This document shows, in pieces, positions 12,778 to 25,395 of a DNA stretch of 64,000 bases. A program made the translations under genes and the position numbers. The notes below the pieces were generated by a model that saw only the letters and a program-made list of their open reading frames with translations, was not told the DNA's origin and did no database searches. Origin of the DNA: Epiperipatus broadwayi. Taxonomy: Eukaryota; Animalia; Onychophora. The stretch lies in the NCBI GenBank assembly GCA_028023455.1, contig JAQFVV010000001.1, forward strand, positions 10,354,001 through 10,418,000, given 5' to 3'. How positions within the stretch are numbered: position 1 is the first letter of the stretch; every line of letters begins with the position of its first letter.

Positions 12778-13365
12778 CAGACCTGGATAAAGAGCCAAGG
12801 TCTCAGGCATGTGATGACATCCATTAGAAACCCCCAATCCAACCCCTGCAAGAGGGTCATGCGGGAAATTAACCGGCTGTTTCGGACGTACATCCACGAT
12901 AACCACCGGGGCTGGGTCAACCGAACGGAAGAAATTTTTCAGTATATTAATGGAACCATTAATGAGGCTACAGGGCTAACACCAATGCATCTTCATTTTG
13001 GTAAGCCAGAGCAACCATTAATTAAAATACCCCTGCCCAAGGATGATCAAGAAGTTGACAGAGAAGAGGACCGGCGAGCAGTTCATCATCGTCTGAAAGC
13101 CCGGGCAGAAAAAAAACAATTAAAGGAAACAAGGTCCTACCAATTTCAAGTTGGGGATCATGTATGGGTCAGAACTCCAAAGCCCAGTAGCTGGGACCAG
13201 TGTAAATACAAGAAGTTTTTCCCACTGTATCAAGGGCCATATGTGATAAAATGGGTAAGCGGCCCAAATGCATATTTACTGGAGGATAATGGGACCATAA
13301 GAGGGACTTATAATGCTAGGAGTCTAAAACCCCTTGTATATCACCCACCAGACCCAGGATTATAG
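12778..13365 (+). pseudogene. pol: Integrase C-terminal part with GPY motif
   Basis: In frame after the stop at 12775; SNPCKRVMREI (catalytic E position is K); FFPLYQGPYVI. Confidence 0.9.
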
Positions 13366-13473
13366 TAGTTTTTTTAAAAAAAAAAAAAGAAATGGACACA
13401 TCACAGGATAAACGAGAAAGGAGATTGGATATAAACAATGTTAAACTATTAGATTTTTAAATAAAATTTTGTT

Positions 13474-13485
13474 GAAGGGGGGAGA
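13474..13485 (+). promoter_or_regulatory. Polypurine tract GAAGGGGGGAGA
   Basis: Canonical PPT composition but 195 bp upstream of the 3' LTR; only a weak AAGGGAA lies next to the LTR (13672-13678). Confidence 0.65.
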
Positions 13486-13680
13486 TAATAGAAAATGTTC
13501 GCTAGATGGTAGATTTATTAATATGATCCGGGTATATAATTCAGTTTCGTTTCTTCATTATATTTATATCCTGTACATTATGGGTTATCTTGTAAAATTT
13601 TTTATGCAGGCTTCATAGGTGGACACCTGTTGTAAGATCTTTTTTTTAACAATTTTTTTTGTTCCGTCACTAAGGGAATG

Positions 13681-16413
13681 TGAAACAGTAAGGTCTGCTT
13701 TGCAGATCTTTGTTTCACCTTTTCTCACCTATTTCCTACCCTCATACCTTAGTTTGAACCCCAATCTATCGTAGTGTGTCTGCAATACGCTTATATACCG
13801 AAAATCCTGCCTAATTTTAAACCACGAGTACAATGCTCATATTATATATATAACTCATTCCCAAATAAAATAAAATATTATGGATTATGTATATGTTCAC
13901 ATAATTTTGATTTATTAAAAAGTAGGTTATATAAGTCATAATTGCGCACACACTATGATATGCATTTTAAAACATATCAAAATTATAAATTGTTAAAGTT
14001 ATTTTGTTTGAATCTATTTACAAATATATATTACCGTCGTAATATATTTTGATTTAAAATAAAATTCATTTAGTAAATATTCGTTTAGTAAATAGATTCA
14101 AATATTGCAATTTAAAAGTAAAATAATTTTCGTTTAATTTAATAAAAGTCATTCCAAATATTTCTGTTAAAATAAATGAGGGACAATAGTTTAATTAGTT
14201 AATGTTATATAAGTTTATCTAAAAACAGCAGATGTCCACTTAAGGTTTTCTTTAATTAGTAAAAGTAATTTTTAATTAAATCTAGTTTGTAATTCGAATG
14301 TCGACAGGGAAATTAACAAAAGAAATTAATTAATGTTGAATTCCTTTAGACATTCGGATAGATTTAATTACAGCTGATAAGTCCGATATATTTTTGTAAT
14401 GCTCCAGGGCAGTTCTATTGTTAAATTCTACTATAAAAAGGAGGGTTTTCTTTTGTTCTCCATTCTAATGTTTCTAAGAGAAATCATTCTGAGGTCTAAT
14501 GTTTCTAACCAAAATTATTGTAGTAATTTGTAAATCTTGACATGACAGAGTAGAGCGCAAGAAGGCTATTTCTCTCCGGAATGGTCATATGCTGCCATAG
14601 ACCATCGGAAGTTATCACACAAGGAACCCCGGAACTGCTGCTGCTGCCAAAAATATGAACATTTCCAGATTTTGCTGTTAAATTATATAAAAACCTGCCG
14701 ACCATCAATCTACCTAAAAATGCTTCTCCAGAGGTAACCCTAAATTAACCCAAGAGCTCTTGTGATAACTAACATGCTATAGCTATTTTAAATTGTTTTT
14801 CTTATATTTCACATAACTTCATTATGTATTTCTTTAACGTGTTTAAATATACTCAACATTTTGCTCTCTATCCTTGGGTTAATATTTTCTATTGATTAAG
14901 CTTTCTGTTATTTTATTATGATAATGTGTCAGAATCGTCTTTGACCGAGTGAATTATTCCCTTTGTTGAAAATAAGACGCTGCTATGAAGGCATATTTTA
15001 AATTTCTAAATAATTTTCCAATTTTATTATCTTGCAAATCACTCGTTCGAGGGCGATTCTATTCTTTAATATATAATATAATCACATAGTTTAAAATCTA
15101 CATGTTATTGATTTTAATCTACTATGAGAGTATGTGCGAGGTCAATGATTAAATGTGTCCCCTAATGCATGATTGCGTATATAAATCTATACTTACTTTT
15201 CAAACCCGCAAGCATGCATTTTCCTATTTTAATTACCGTGTTCTACTTTAATTACAAAGTTCATCATTGACGTCGAGAATGTGCGGACCCTTTTAAATGA
15301 ATTTCTGGGAATTTGATTGGGCATTTCTCTTAATCCAAGTAAAACCCATTCAGTATGTTTTATATACACTAGTCTCGTATTGCTGGTAAATGAATTGGTT
15401 GTTGAGACCGCTTTGTTTTACTTTTCCAAGGATTCTTTACACGGCCAAGTCCGTTCTCTTCGCTTATTGCAGTTTCCAGGCAGAGTGTGTCCACAAATGA
15501 CACACCTGGGAATTAAACGCAATCGTCACCCAGTCGCTAAGTTTCGGCTGTTCATAAAATACTTTCCTACGGGTTAGCGGCGAGATGCCCTCCGTAATCA
15601 TTCCAGATATTCAATATTGTTTTATTTTATATTTATTTTACAAAGCATCCGTGACTTAAACGTGTCACACCCTCCAACTTTAATAAATTCATTATCAGCA
15701 ATACTGACCTCCCAATGTAACTTTATTATTATTATTATCAAATAAATGCTTTGATCACATTCCCACTTTGTTGCTTAGTAAGCTTTTGTCCGTGCTATTC
15801 TCAAAATCAATAAATATTTTAGAACACTTAATTTTCAAATATTTTCTTAAACTTGTATAATTGCTCAAAGCACCTCGCACATGTTCCTATCTCATCAAGC
15901 ACATTATCGTAATGCTATTAGCCCGAGGAATAGAATATATCACTTTGCTTTAAAACCTTTTTGTCATTTATTGGAATATAATGCCAACAATTATTTAATA
16001 CGTGTCCCTGTCTCATATAAGCAGACAGTGGCATTATATATATATTTTATATAAATAAATTTTGTGAAATTATTTAAAACTAAATTTGATCTCTTATTTT
16101 ATTTGATTCCTATCACTGTCTCGGTCTATATATATATTTTCTGCATTTCTTTTGTAAATCCATAGACGTTAATTAGCCACCCAAACTTCTTTTAGTATAG
16201 AGTCTTTTGTTTCTCCCTGACCACCAGGCACCGGTCAAAGGTTATACTAGTAGTGGCATCAGATGTATTATCACGTAGATGGCGCTGTGAAATTTGGACT
16301 TTAGATTCAAACTTAGTATATCTAGAAGGCAACCCCTCCTAGAATGTTCAGTTTCGTGTCTGGGGTTTGAATTCTGCAGTGTGTTAGTGAGATAGACGAT
16401 TCTGACTGTTACA
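13681..16413 (+). repeat. 3' LTR (2733 bp)
   Basis: Direct repeat of 5025-7755 with two 1 bp indels. Confidence 0.97.
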
Positions 16414-16877
16414 ATAACAACTTATGCTTTCTCAATCTCTTTTCAATACTGCACCTAGATTCACCTATATATGATAGCATACAATCACAAAAAATTTGAT
16501 ATATCATATATAATGATGATTTAATGTCTCCTTCAGTTTTCTTTGATCATGAAAAAACATGTAAATATAAATTTAAATTTGATTTTGAAAATTCTTCATG
16601 AAGAGGGAAACCATAATAAAAGAAAAATTAAAGAGGCAATTTTTATAAATAGGAATAAAATGCAGTTAATAAATAGACAAGCTGTCAACATTAAAATATG
16701 AGATTCATGGGATTTGAATTGATGAGATTTGCTTCCGCTTTGTTTTTTTTTTTTTGTTTGTTTTTTTATTTAATGACAGTTGAGACAGGTTTAAGAAATT
16801 ACCTGATAGAACTTCTGCGAATTTAAGGATTGTGTATAATAGTCTGTAAACCGTTAAATTTATTATTTTCAATTATA
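16414..16877. mobile_element. Spacer and right arm of the foldback MITE split by the LTR retrotransposon
   Basis: Inverted match to 4638-5000; TA-bounded ends. Confidence 0.85.
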
Positions 16878-17697
16878 TATATATTAGACTCTTCAGTCTT
16901 ATTAAAAATATAGGCTTATTTTATTCTTTTATTAGTAAGGTTAACTCTAACAATAATCTACACTATAGAGCTAAAAAAATAAATAAATAAATCTACAATT
17001 GTGATAAAACTGAATTTCTAATATAAACAGAAACTGACCTGATGAGAAATTTATATAACCATGCAAAAAATTATTAGATGTACACATTAGTTTTGTTTTG
17101 AATCCTAGATTTTGTTGAGAAAGGCAAAAGCCAGAAACTGACCTGGAACTGAGAATTTCATAGCACTATACCATTTGATTTCAATTGCTTATTTAAGCTT
17201 ACAGTAGATGGTTCTACAATAGTAAAAATAATTGTTCTTGGAAGCACGAGTTACATGGCACTACTGTTGAAACTGATTATAATGATATATATATATTTAT
17301 ATTAGTTCATATTATATTTTATTTAATGAAATAATTTGTATACATTTATAAGTAAACAACAGAATGAGGCAAATGATTATTTCAAATTGTAATATAATAT
17401 GATATAAAATATCACCCTATACATTCTGAAAAGAAATAACAAAAACAATTATTCACTATAAAAAGCAACACTATATCGAATTAATTCAAATTATAATAAA
17501 ATGGTATTTATTATAAATCCAGAATTTATACAACTTCAATTCAGTTTATTAAAATCAATGCATTCTACATACATATATACACATCCAAATTATAGAATTC
17601 ATTGTGAATAAAAAAAAAGGTAAATCAATAAGAACAATATTTTTTAAAAAAATAGTAATATATAAATCTTGAAAATTATATTCATAAAATATGTAAT

Positions 17698-18387
17698 CAT
17701 ACAAAACTTGTACTGTTCAAGATAATATGAAAAAATAAATATAATACAATAAGACTTAAAAGCACTGACACAGCTTTCAGCTGGAGTTGCTGCCAGAATC
17801 ATAATGCTAACACTAACTGTGTCATTAAAAATATGTATATAGTGTGGCAAAGATCAATATGCAAATAAAGTATAGCATGCTCCCCAGATTGTATATAAAA
17901 TTTCATGTCCTACCCTGGCTTGTAACTCAAGTGTATTAGGGAGAATCTCGTGCTAATAGATAGGGTCACCCAGCACACATATTTATATAATAAAGCAAAA
18001 TCAAATCATGAATAAAAATTTATCCTTTTTGAACATGAGCAGGCTATGGGAGATACATTCCCCTCCTCTAATGTAAAAAAAAAATATGTGCAGAGTGGTA
18101 TGATAGGAAAAAAATATAAAAAAGCATGGGTTATTGCTAGAGATCCTCATTCCATTGTTAGAAAAGTTCCTACATCCCATTTTCAAAAACATGGAACATC
18201 TAATTTACATACTGTGCTTTATTTGCATATTGATCTTCGCCACAATATGTACATATTTTTAATGATGCAGTTAATGTTGGCACTATGATTCTGGAAGCAA
18301 CTAGCTGAAAACTGGTTCAGTGCTCTTGAGTGTTATTGTATTATATTTACTTTTTCATATTAACTTGAACAGTACAAGTTTTGTATG
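17698..18387. mobile_element. MITE with about 185 bp terminal inverted repeats
   Basis: catacaaaacttgtactgttcaag... versus ...cttgaacagtacaagttttgtatg; arms about 17698-17880 and 18205-18387. Confidence 0.85.
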
Positions 18388-19119
18388 AAAAATAATAATA
18401 ACAAATATATATATAACTATACAAATATGAATATCAAATATTAAGTCTCACCACATGGTTAAAAAATCCAGCACTGTCCTCAGTAAAATAAATATATATA
18501 TCTCCATATCCAAACAGAAAAATACCCAGTACTAAAACACTAAACTATACTTCTATACATTATTTATCATGGTTTAATGATGAATATCAATATGTTGATA
18601 AAAGATATTGTAAATATTTTTAGGAGCCTACCTAAGGCAGAATCTCAGATAATTAATTTAAATTTGGCAATGTAAAATCTCTGTATATATTTCAAAAGCA
18701 TATTGAAAACATTGTAAGTAATTTTACAAAGGCAATTTATAATGATAATTTTTCTTTGAATTAATTTTTGAAATACCATTAATGTTACATAACTTTTTAA
18801 AATAAATATATTGAGACTTCTATATTGTTCTAGACTTCAAATTACTATCAATTTTACTTGTGCTAAATCTAATAGTCTGCTATGAGATTCATTCTTAAAA
18901 TTCTAAACACTGCTATAATTTAAAATGGTAAAACTAAAATCATAAAAAGGGTTTTTTACATTTTTTTTTATTTATGAATTTTATTCCCCTAAAGATACCA
19001 ATTATCTTAAATAATTTAAAACACAAATATTGCATATGTCATATTAAAAGTACTTTAGTATTTAAAAGAATGCCTAGATTTTTTAAAACAGATTAGAATA
19101 GTATGGCACAGTTTTACTC

Positions 19120-19450
19120 ATAATGTAGAACAGATGCTCATTGGCACTGAGAGGAGGATGGCTGAGCAAGTGCTTTTAATAGTACTAAATCTGCATAAGA
19201 AACAAAAGACAGGTGATTTAAAACCCAACTTAAATAGTTTGTCCATAGGAAAAACTATTGAAGTGAATCCAGAAAGAGAGGATTTTCTGGCAGGCTTAAA
19301 ATAACTAAAATTTTCAGACAGACCAAAAATGACTCAGATCTCATACAAAACAATACTAAGGCCAAGAGTCAATTTACAATCCACTAGCATGAGTAGCTAT
19401 TTTAAAAAAATCAAAGATGTCAAAAGATAAGGAACCACTAGATAAAAATT
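19120..19450 (+). mobile_element. Highly degraded RTE-like LINE 3' remnant
   Basis: Fragmentary RTE C-terminal-like translation; boundaries uncertain. Confidence 0.3.
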
Positions 19451-20618
19451 GAAGAAATTTTTTTAATTTTTTATTGCATTTATGTAATAAAACATTTCTT
19501 TAAACTTTATATATATATTTAGTTTCTACTTGTAATTTTATATATTTTTTAAAAAAACTAGAGAGCAAAATAAAAATTTCTTGACAAATATAAAGCTATT
19601 TTTAAATGCATCTATTTAATAAACAAATATAAAACTTTTTGTTCATTTAAAATATAAAAAAAAAAAACAATTATTTTTTGCTATGTGTGTTTAATCATTT
19701 GCAATAACTATCATTAACATCTTTCATATTAGCACTTTTAGCTCTATAGATGAACTAAACATAAACAATGAATTAAACAAAATTTATTCAGTATATTATC
19801 AAATTCTATATTAATGTATGTTATTTTATCTTATATTAGAATTAAGGTATGCATGCACTTAACTTCACAAAAACATTTAATGCACAAAATAATTTAGTTC
19901 CTATTCTTAGTACAATTAAATTTAATGATTCATAATTTTTCATAGCAGTACTTTATAAATCAGAATTTTATAATGGACCTGGATTGGTCAACTGCTACAA
20001 ATTAAAAATATTGAATTTATCCTTGAAATCACTTGAATATATTGCATATAAATAATATATATTGTTACAAATGATATTGTGCCAACATGATTTTCATATG
20101 AATTCTGATATATGATTGCTTTATAAATGAAGATACAATTAGAAATGCAGAAAATTTCAAAAAATTGCAAATTTATGTTAGCCTAACTAAGTAATTATCA
20201 TTTAACATGTCATGATTATACGTTCAAGTTATCAAAATTTTTAAATTATGCACATGCATATATTTATGTGTCATATATATAAATCCACTGAAGAAGCATT
20301 TGCCTTAACTATTAAAAAGGTTATTGTTTTTTTTACATGGACACATTTATTGTTTTTATGTAATATTCCTGATTTGTTTTTAGATAATTATAATGTTTAT
20401 ACTATATATATATATATATGAATGTTTGTAATATCTGTATAAAATATAAATATCCCTTGTTCATACTTAGCATTTTGAAAACAGAATAAAACAATAGGAA
20501 GATACAGATAAGATCTAGTGCTAAAAAAGTACATACAACTTCTATCAATTCAGCTTCAGTTAAATATATCATAATATTAATCAAGAGAATGTAGAGAAAA
20601 AATAATTGTACAAATGGT

Positions 20619-21966
20619 GGTTGTTTTACAATAGCGTGTTGAAACCACTGGAGGGCGTTATTTCTGTGATAGTGCACAGAAATATGCCGTTTAGGTGGCC
20701 TACCACTGCTAGCGAGCGTTCCATTTCTAATTCGTAAACCTAGAAATAGTCCGTTCGGTACGGGGTGGCTGCTTGTGTCTATTTCTATGCTAATGCACAG
20801 AAACATGACATTGAATCTGCCGCAGAAGCTATCGTGTCAGCTCACAGCTCAGATTTGTGCTAAGCATTTTCGATGTGCGATCACATTTCACTTTTGGCTA
20901 CAGTATTGGGTAAGGGTGTGTGGAATTTCGATTGTCAAAATTATTTTAACATTCATTAAGACCACCTCCCCCTCTAATTGCCATCTTTTAGGAATGTCTA
21001 CTAACAATTATCAGCAGAGTCTCATGTTTCCCTAGCCCCCATTTCCTGCTCAAAAAATTCGGCAAGTGTAGGTTCCAGCGTGATTCGGATGAAATCACGC
21101 TCTAAGTCCCATTTCTGTGAGAACAATGGCGAGCTTCATCGAATGGCTGAAATTGAAAAACTTGCTGCGAATGTCAAAGATTCGCTGACTGCTGCTGCTG
21201 GAAACAGGTTATCAAACAAAAGAGCTTTGAAGCTGCATGTGTGCTGTTCCTGAACAGCCCTAAAAGTTGCTTTTAATTGCCGTAAATATATTTATGTGGT
21301 TTTTGGTAATTATGGTAAAAAGTTGGTCAACCTTCAAGTTGGAGCGTTATGTTTGCTTAGGAATTGTAACCACTCACCCCCACCACCTTTCCCAAAGTTG
21401 GACCTTTTGATTGTAAATGTTTGGTACCGTTAAATGGAAATCGATTTGGTATTTGTAATTTATTATAAAACTACAAAAATATAAAAAAGAAAAGAAGCTG
21501 ATTTTGTCGTAGAATACCCGACCACCGCCGTTAAAAAAAATGTAAGTAATGAGAAAGAATAAAAAATAACTACTTTTTAAAATTCATTTCGATCGATGTG
21601 CCCCTTATTTTTTTTGTTTTCGTTCCAAAAATTGTTATTTGATAGATAGTAGTTTTGGTTAAATGTAATCAACAAAATCAAAAACATACATATAAAAAAA
21701 AAAAAGAATTCCTGGCCACCCCAAAAATATAAGTAATGAAAATAACAAAAAAAAAAAAATTAAGTACTTTTTAAATTCACTTTTTTGATTTCTGCATATT
21801 TTTTTTTGTTGTTGTTGTTGCGTATTCCAAAATTTATTTGATATTACTTTACTTTGAAATGTGATAATAAACAAACCCGGCGGCGGCCCCGTAAACATTA
21901 TATTTATCTTTGCTTACAAACAAAGCCCGCCCTCCGACGGTTTCAACACGCTATTGTAAAACAACC
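20619..21966. mobile_element. Non-autonomous DNA transposon with about 40 bp TIR GGTTGTTTTACAATAGCGTGTTGAAACC (possibly Merlin-like)
   Basis: 28 bp perfect TIR extending imperfectly to ggagggcg/cgccctcc; CpG-rich interior; weak minus-strand resemblance to an IS1595/Merlin transposase C-terminus; no clean TSD. Confidence 0.85.
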
Positions 21967-23209
21967 ATTAAATTGTAGTTTGATAATTGTTAATTTTATA
22001 TTATAATAAAATTGCTTCTTTTCTGGAGTATACTACCTAGTTTACAAATATTTTATTAAATAAAGTTGTATATACATATGTGTATGTGTGTACAATCTCG
22101 GCAATATAGGCAATGTTAAGTCACTTTAAAAATAATAATATACAGAAAAGAAGAATTAGTTTACAGCAAGAATCAACATGTTAATTTGCATATTAATAGA
22201 GTCTAACATTATGCAAATTAGCAAATCTTTTAGAATGCATCCAGAACTTCAAATGAAGAGAAGAGAAAAAAAGGAGATTAGATAATCTAAGTACAGAGTA
22301 AAACTAATTGTGCAGAGTAAACTAATATCACCAATGGAAATGAGTTCTAGTCAAAATGTAATTAGACTAACTGAAGATTGTATGTGAGCAGTAAGGTGCA
22401 TACTTAAATGGTAAATAAAACAATAGTTGAAATACTGTAGTTAAAAAAAACATATATTATGTGGAGTTGCCTACAGCTGTAAAGGATATATGTATATATT
22501 ATTTATCTACAAAAATATGAACTATTATGTAGACAAGATTGATATTGTTCTCAACCAGCAACTCGCTAGTTGATCTACTAATCCTATATACTAACATTGT
22601 TGTTATTCAAAGTAAAATAAATCGTTGAAATTATTATTAAACTTTTGTTATTTGTTTATTTTAACTATTTACATAATTATCCAAATGCCATATTATAGTT
22701 AGCCCTGGATATATTATTTTCAATTCTTAAAAATTATTAGAGTTATTTTATAAAGCAAGTTAGTATTGAAATATTAAATAAATAACTATGTTCAGCTGCA
22801 GCAGAATTTTTACTCTAAAAAATGATCACTGTTAAGAAGATTTATATTAATATCAGACACTTCATGTAGACACATAGAAGTAGTGTTATGGACAGTGTAG
22901 TATGTAGTTGCATAAATCCATGATGTTATAATTCTAATTATCATGTATTTAATTCTATGTATCATAAATGTTTATTGACAGATTTTATGAGAGCCATGAA
23001 TGAATAGGTAGGAATAATGACTTGATCTATCATTGTGATTCTGATGGTGCTTAATTGAAAGAGCACCTTATCACAAATTGATCAATTTTATATAATTTAA
23101 ATCATCTTATTCATGTGTAGTGTTTAAAATCTGAATAAAGAACCCAAAAAAGAACTATAGGAAAAATATAGTATAGAATAAAAGTATACAACTTCTATCT
23201 ATTAAAAGT

Positions 23210-23340
23210 ATCCCCAACATGTCATCCTCTCATTATATATAGATCATATTCATGCATCCATTTTTCTTTTCATATATCATCCTCTTTTGGACCAGTACAT
23301 AGATATAAATATTTATATTCTCATGGCTGTTCTTTCTGTA
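23210..23340 (-). mobile_element. Short RTE remnant
   Basis: Degenerate WT.....E.RMLG-like translation on the minus strand. Confidence 0.35.
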
Positions 23341-23740
23341 ACTTTTATAAAATAATAGAAGAAAAAAATAATTATGAGATTGTGCATACATGTTATCAAA
23401 AATTTTGTTGTCTTATATATGTAATGACAGATCTTTGTTAATATATACATATACAATAAATTTCTTTGAGAATAATGTATGTGTAAATAAATAAACAGAT
23501 ATTCTGAAATTATAGAAAAATAAAAAAATAAATAAATAAAAGAATATGTATTTTAGAAGTGAAAAATTGCATAAGATAAAACAATATTATATATGAATAA
23601 TAATTACTAAGACTGGTATAGAAAAAAATCCATATTTTATAGTAAGTAAAGGTGAAAGAAATGGATTACTGATACAATAATTGATTAAATAATACAAATA
23701 TTTATATATGAATTGAGAAAACTAATTTGCATAAACTTAC

Positions 23741-23793
23741 AAATTTAATGAGTTTGAGTTGTAATACTGATGCGTCTTGATCATATAATGAAC
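23741..23793 (-). CDS. PDE2A: Host gene exon (phase 1-0), (G)SLYDQDASVLQLKLIKF; GAF-A
   Basis: Acceptor tattttttttag and donor ttt|gtaagt; 53 bp; matches recalled PDE2A GELYDLDASSLQLKVLQY. Confidence 0.9.
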
Positions 23794-24516
23794 CTAAAAA
23801 AATACATATAATATAAATATATGCAATAACATTAAAAAAATCAATACAACTGATTTAAAATAGAATCTTATTATAAATTAGTTATTATTACATCTAATAA
23901 TTACACTGTAGAAATCAGTTATTGTCATTATAGTAAATGCTAATATTCATTAAGATAACTTATTATTAATATTATGGAAAAGGAAAATATAAACTATAGG
24001 TTCAGGAGCCATTGGAATATGACATAAACATACCCATAATCAGTTGTGAAAGCTGCATTATAGTAATACCATATTTTGTTTTTATATTTAACACAATAAT
24101 ATCTATCTGACCAATTTATATTAGTTGAGATCTTTATCTTTTAACTATAAACAGCTAAATATTCATTTACTGATTAATGACTGAATAGCTCTGAAATGAC
24201 CAACAGAAAAAAAATCTTAAACTTGCTTGTAAAATGATATCTAAGTTTTACTTTGCCCAAAATCAAACTTTAGATAATAGACAATTTTTCAATAGATCTT
24301 TCAATTAATATAAGTTTAATATTTTAATTAATATACAAGTGTTACTTAACATTGAAATCTTATGTATAGTCATTTATTAATATAGATATTGATTTAATTT
24401 TTTTTAAAAATCCAAAACATTGCTTAACTTTTTATTTATTTAACCTCATTAAAATTGCATCATTTATATACATTTTAAAACTTTTTAAAAAATATATTTA
24501 CAGATATATCTGCAAT

Positions 24517-25395
24517 TCTCCAAAACTTTTTACAGCAGTGCTGCAAGAAGTATTTTGTGGATTAAAATGGGAAACTAAAGGAGTGAAAGTAAATGGAGAT
24601 TATTTAAGTCATTTAGATTTCGCAGATGATGTAGTTGTTTTTGCAAATAATGCTTCCGAGCTGCAGGAAATGTTGCAGGAGTTATCAGATGAAAGTAGGA
24701 CTAAAGATAAATGTTAAAAAGACTAAAGTAATGTTTAATCGATTTGCTCAAAATATGAAAATAAAGATTGATTATGATGAATTAGAAGAAGTTAACAGTT
24801 ACAAATACCTTGGTCAGATTATTAATACAGATGGAAACATAATAGAGGAAATTAATCATAGAATTAAACTTGGTTGGAGTGCTTTTGGTAGAAATAACTT
24901 GATATTAAAAGGAAATATGCCTATGTGTTTGAAAAGAAAGGTTTTTAACAAATGTGTTTTACCAGTTCTTACTTATGGATCTGAGACTTGGACACTTAAT
25001 AGAAGATCAATACAGAGACTTCAGACCACTCAAAGAAGTATGGAGAGATGTATGTTGGGAGTAACAAGAAGAGATCGAAAACGCAATGTATGGGTAAGAG
25101 AACAAACAGGTGTTACTGACCTCATTGAAAAAATTAAAAGATTGAAGTGGAGTTGGGCTGGACATATTGCTAGAAGAGATGATAATAGATAGACAATTGA
25201 AATTTTAAACTGGATTCCAAAAGATTGTAAAAGACCTAGAAGGAGACCACATGTAAGATGGATGGATGAAATAAGAAAATGTGTAGGGGTGATGTGGAGA
25301 AGAGAAGCTAAAGATCAGAGAAGATGGATTAAACTTGGAGAGACCTTCATCCTGCAGTGGATTGATAATGGTTGATAATGATGATGATGATGATG
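24517..25395 (+). mobile_element. 5'-truncated RTE (BovB-like) LINE
   Basis: SPKLFTAVL, HLDFADDVV, YKYLGQ, VLTYGSETW, KWSWAGHIARR; (GAT)n tail; 11 bp TSD ATATCTGCAAT at 24506-24516 and 25396-25406. Confidence 0.95.

Larger units (their letters stand above)
5025..16413 (+). mobile_element. Young full-length Ty3/Gypsy LTR retrotransposon (probably Osvaldo/Woot-like), antisense to the host gene
   Basis: Two 2.73 kb direct repeats with TG...CA ends; 4 bp TSD ATAA (5021-5024, 16414-16417); gag-PR-RT-RH-IN order; the LCLDAR.LN RT motif, long LTRs and tRNA-Lys PBS suggest the Osvaldo lineage (inference). Confidence 0.97.
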
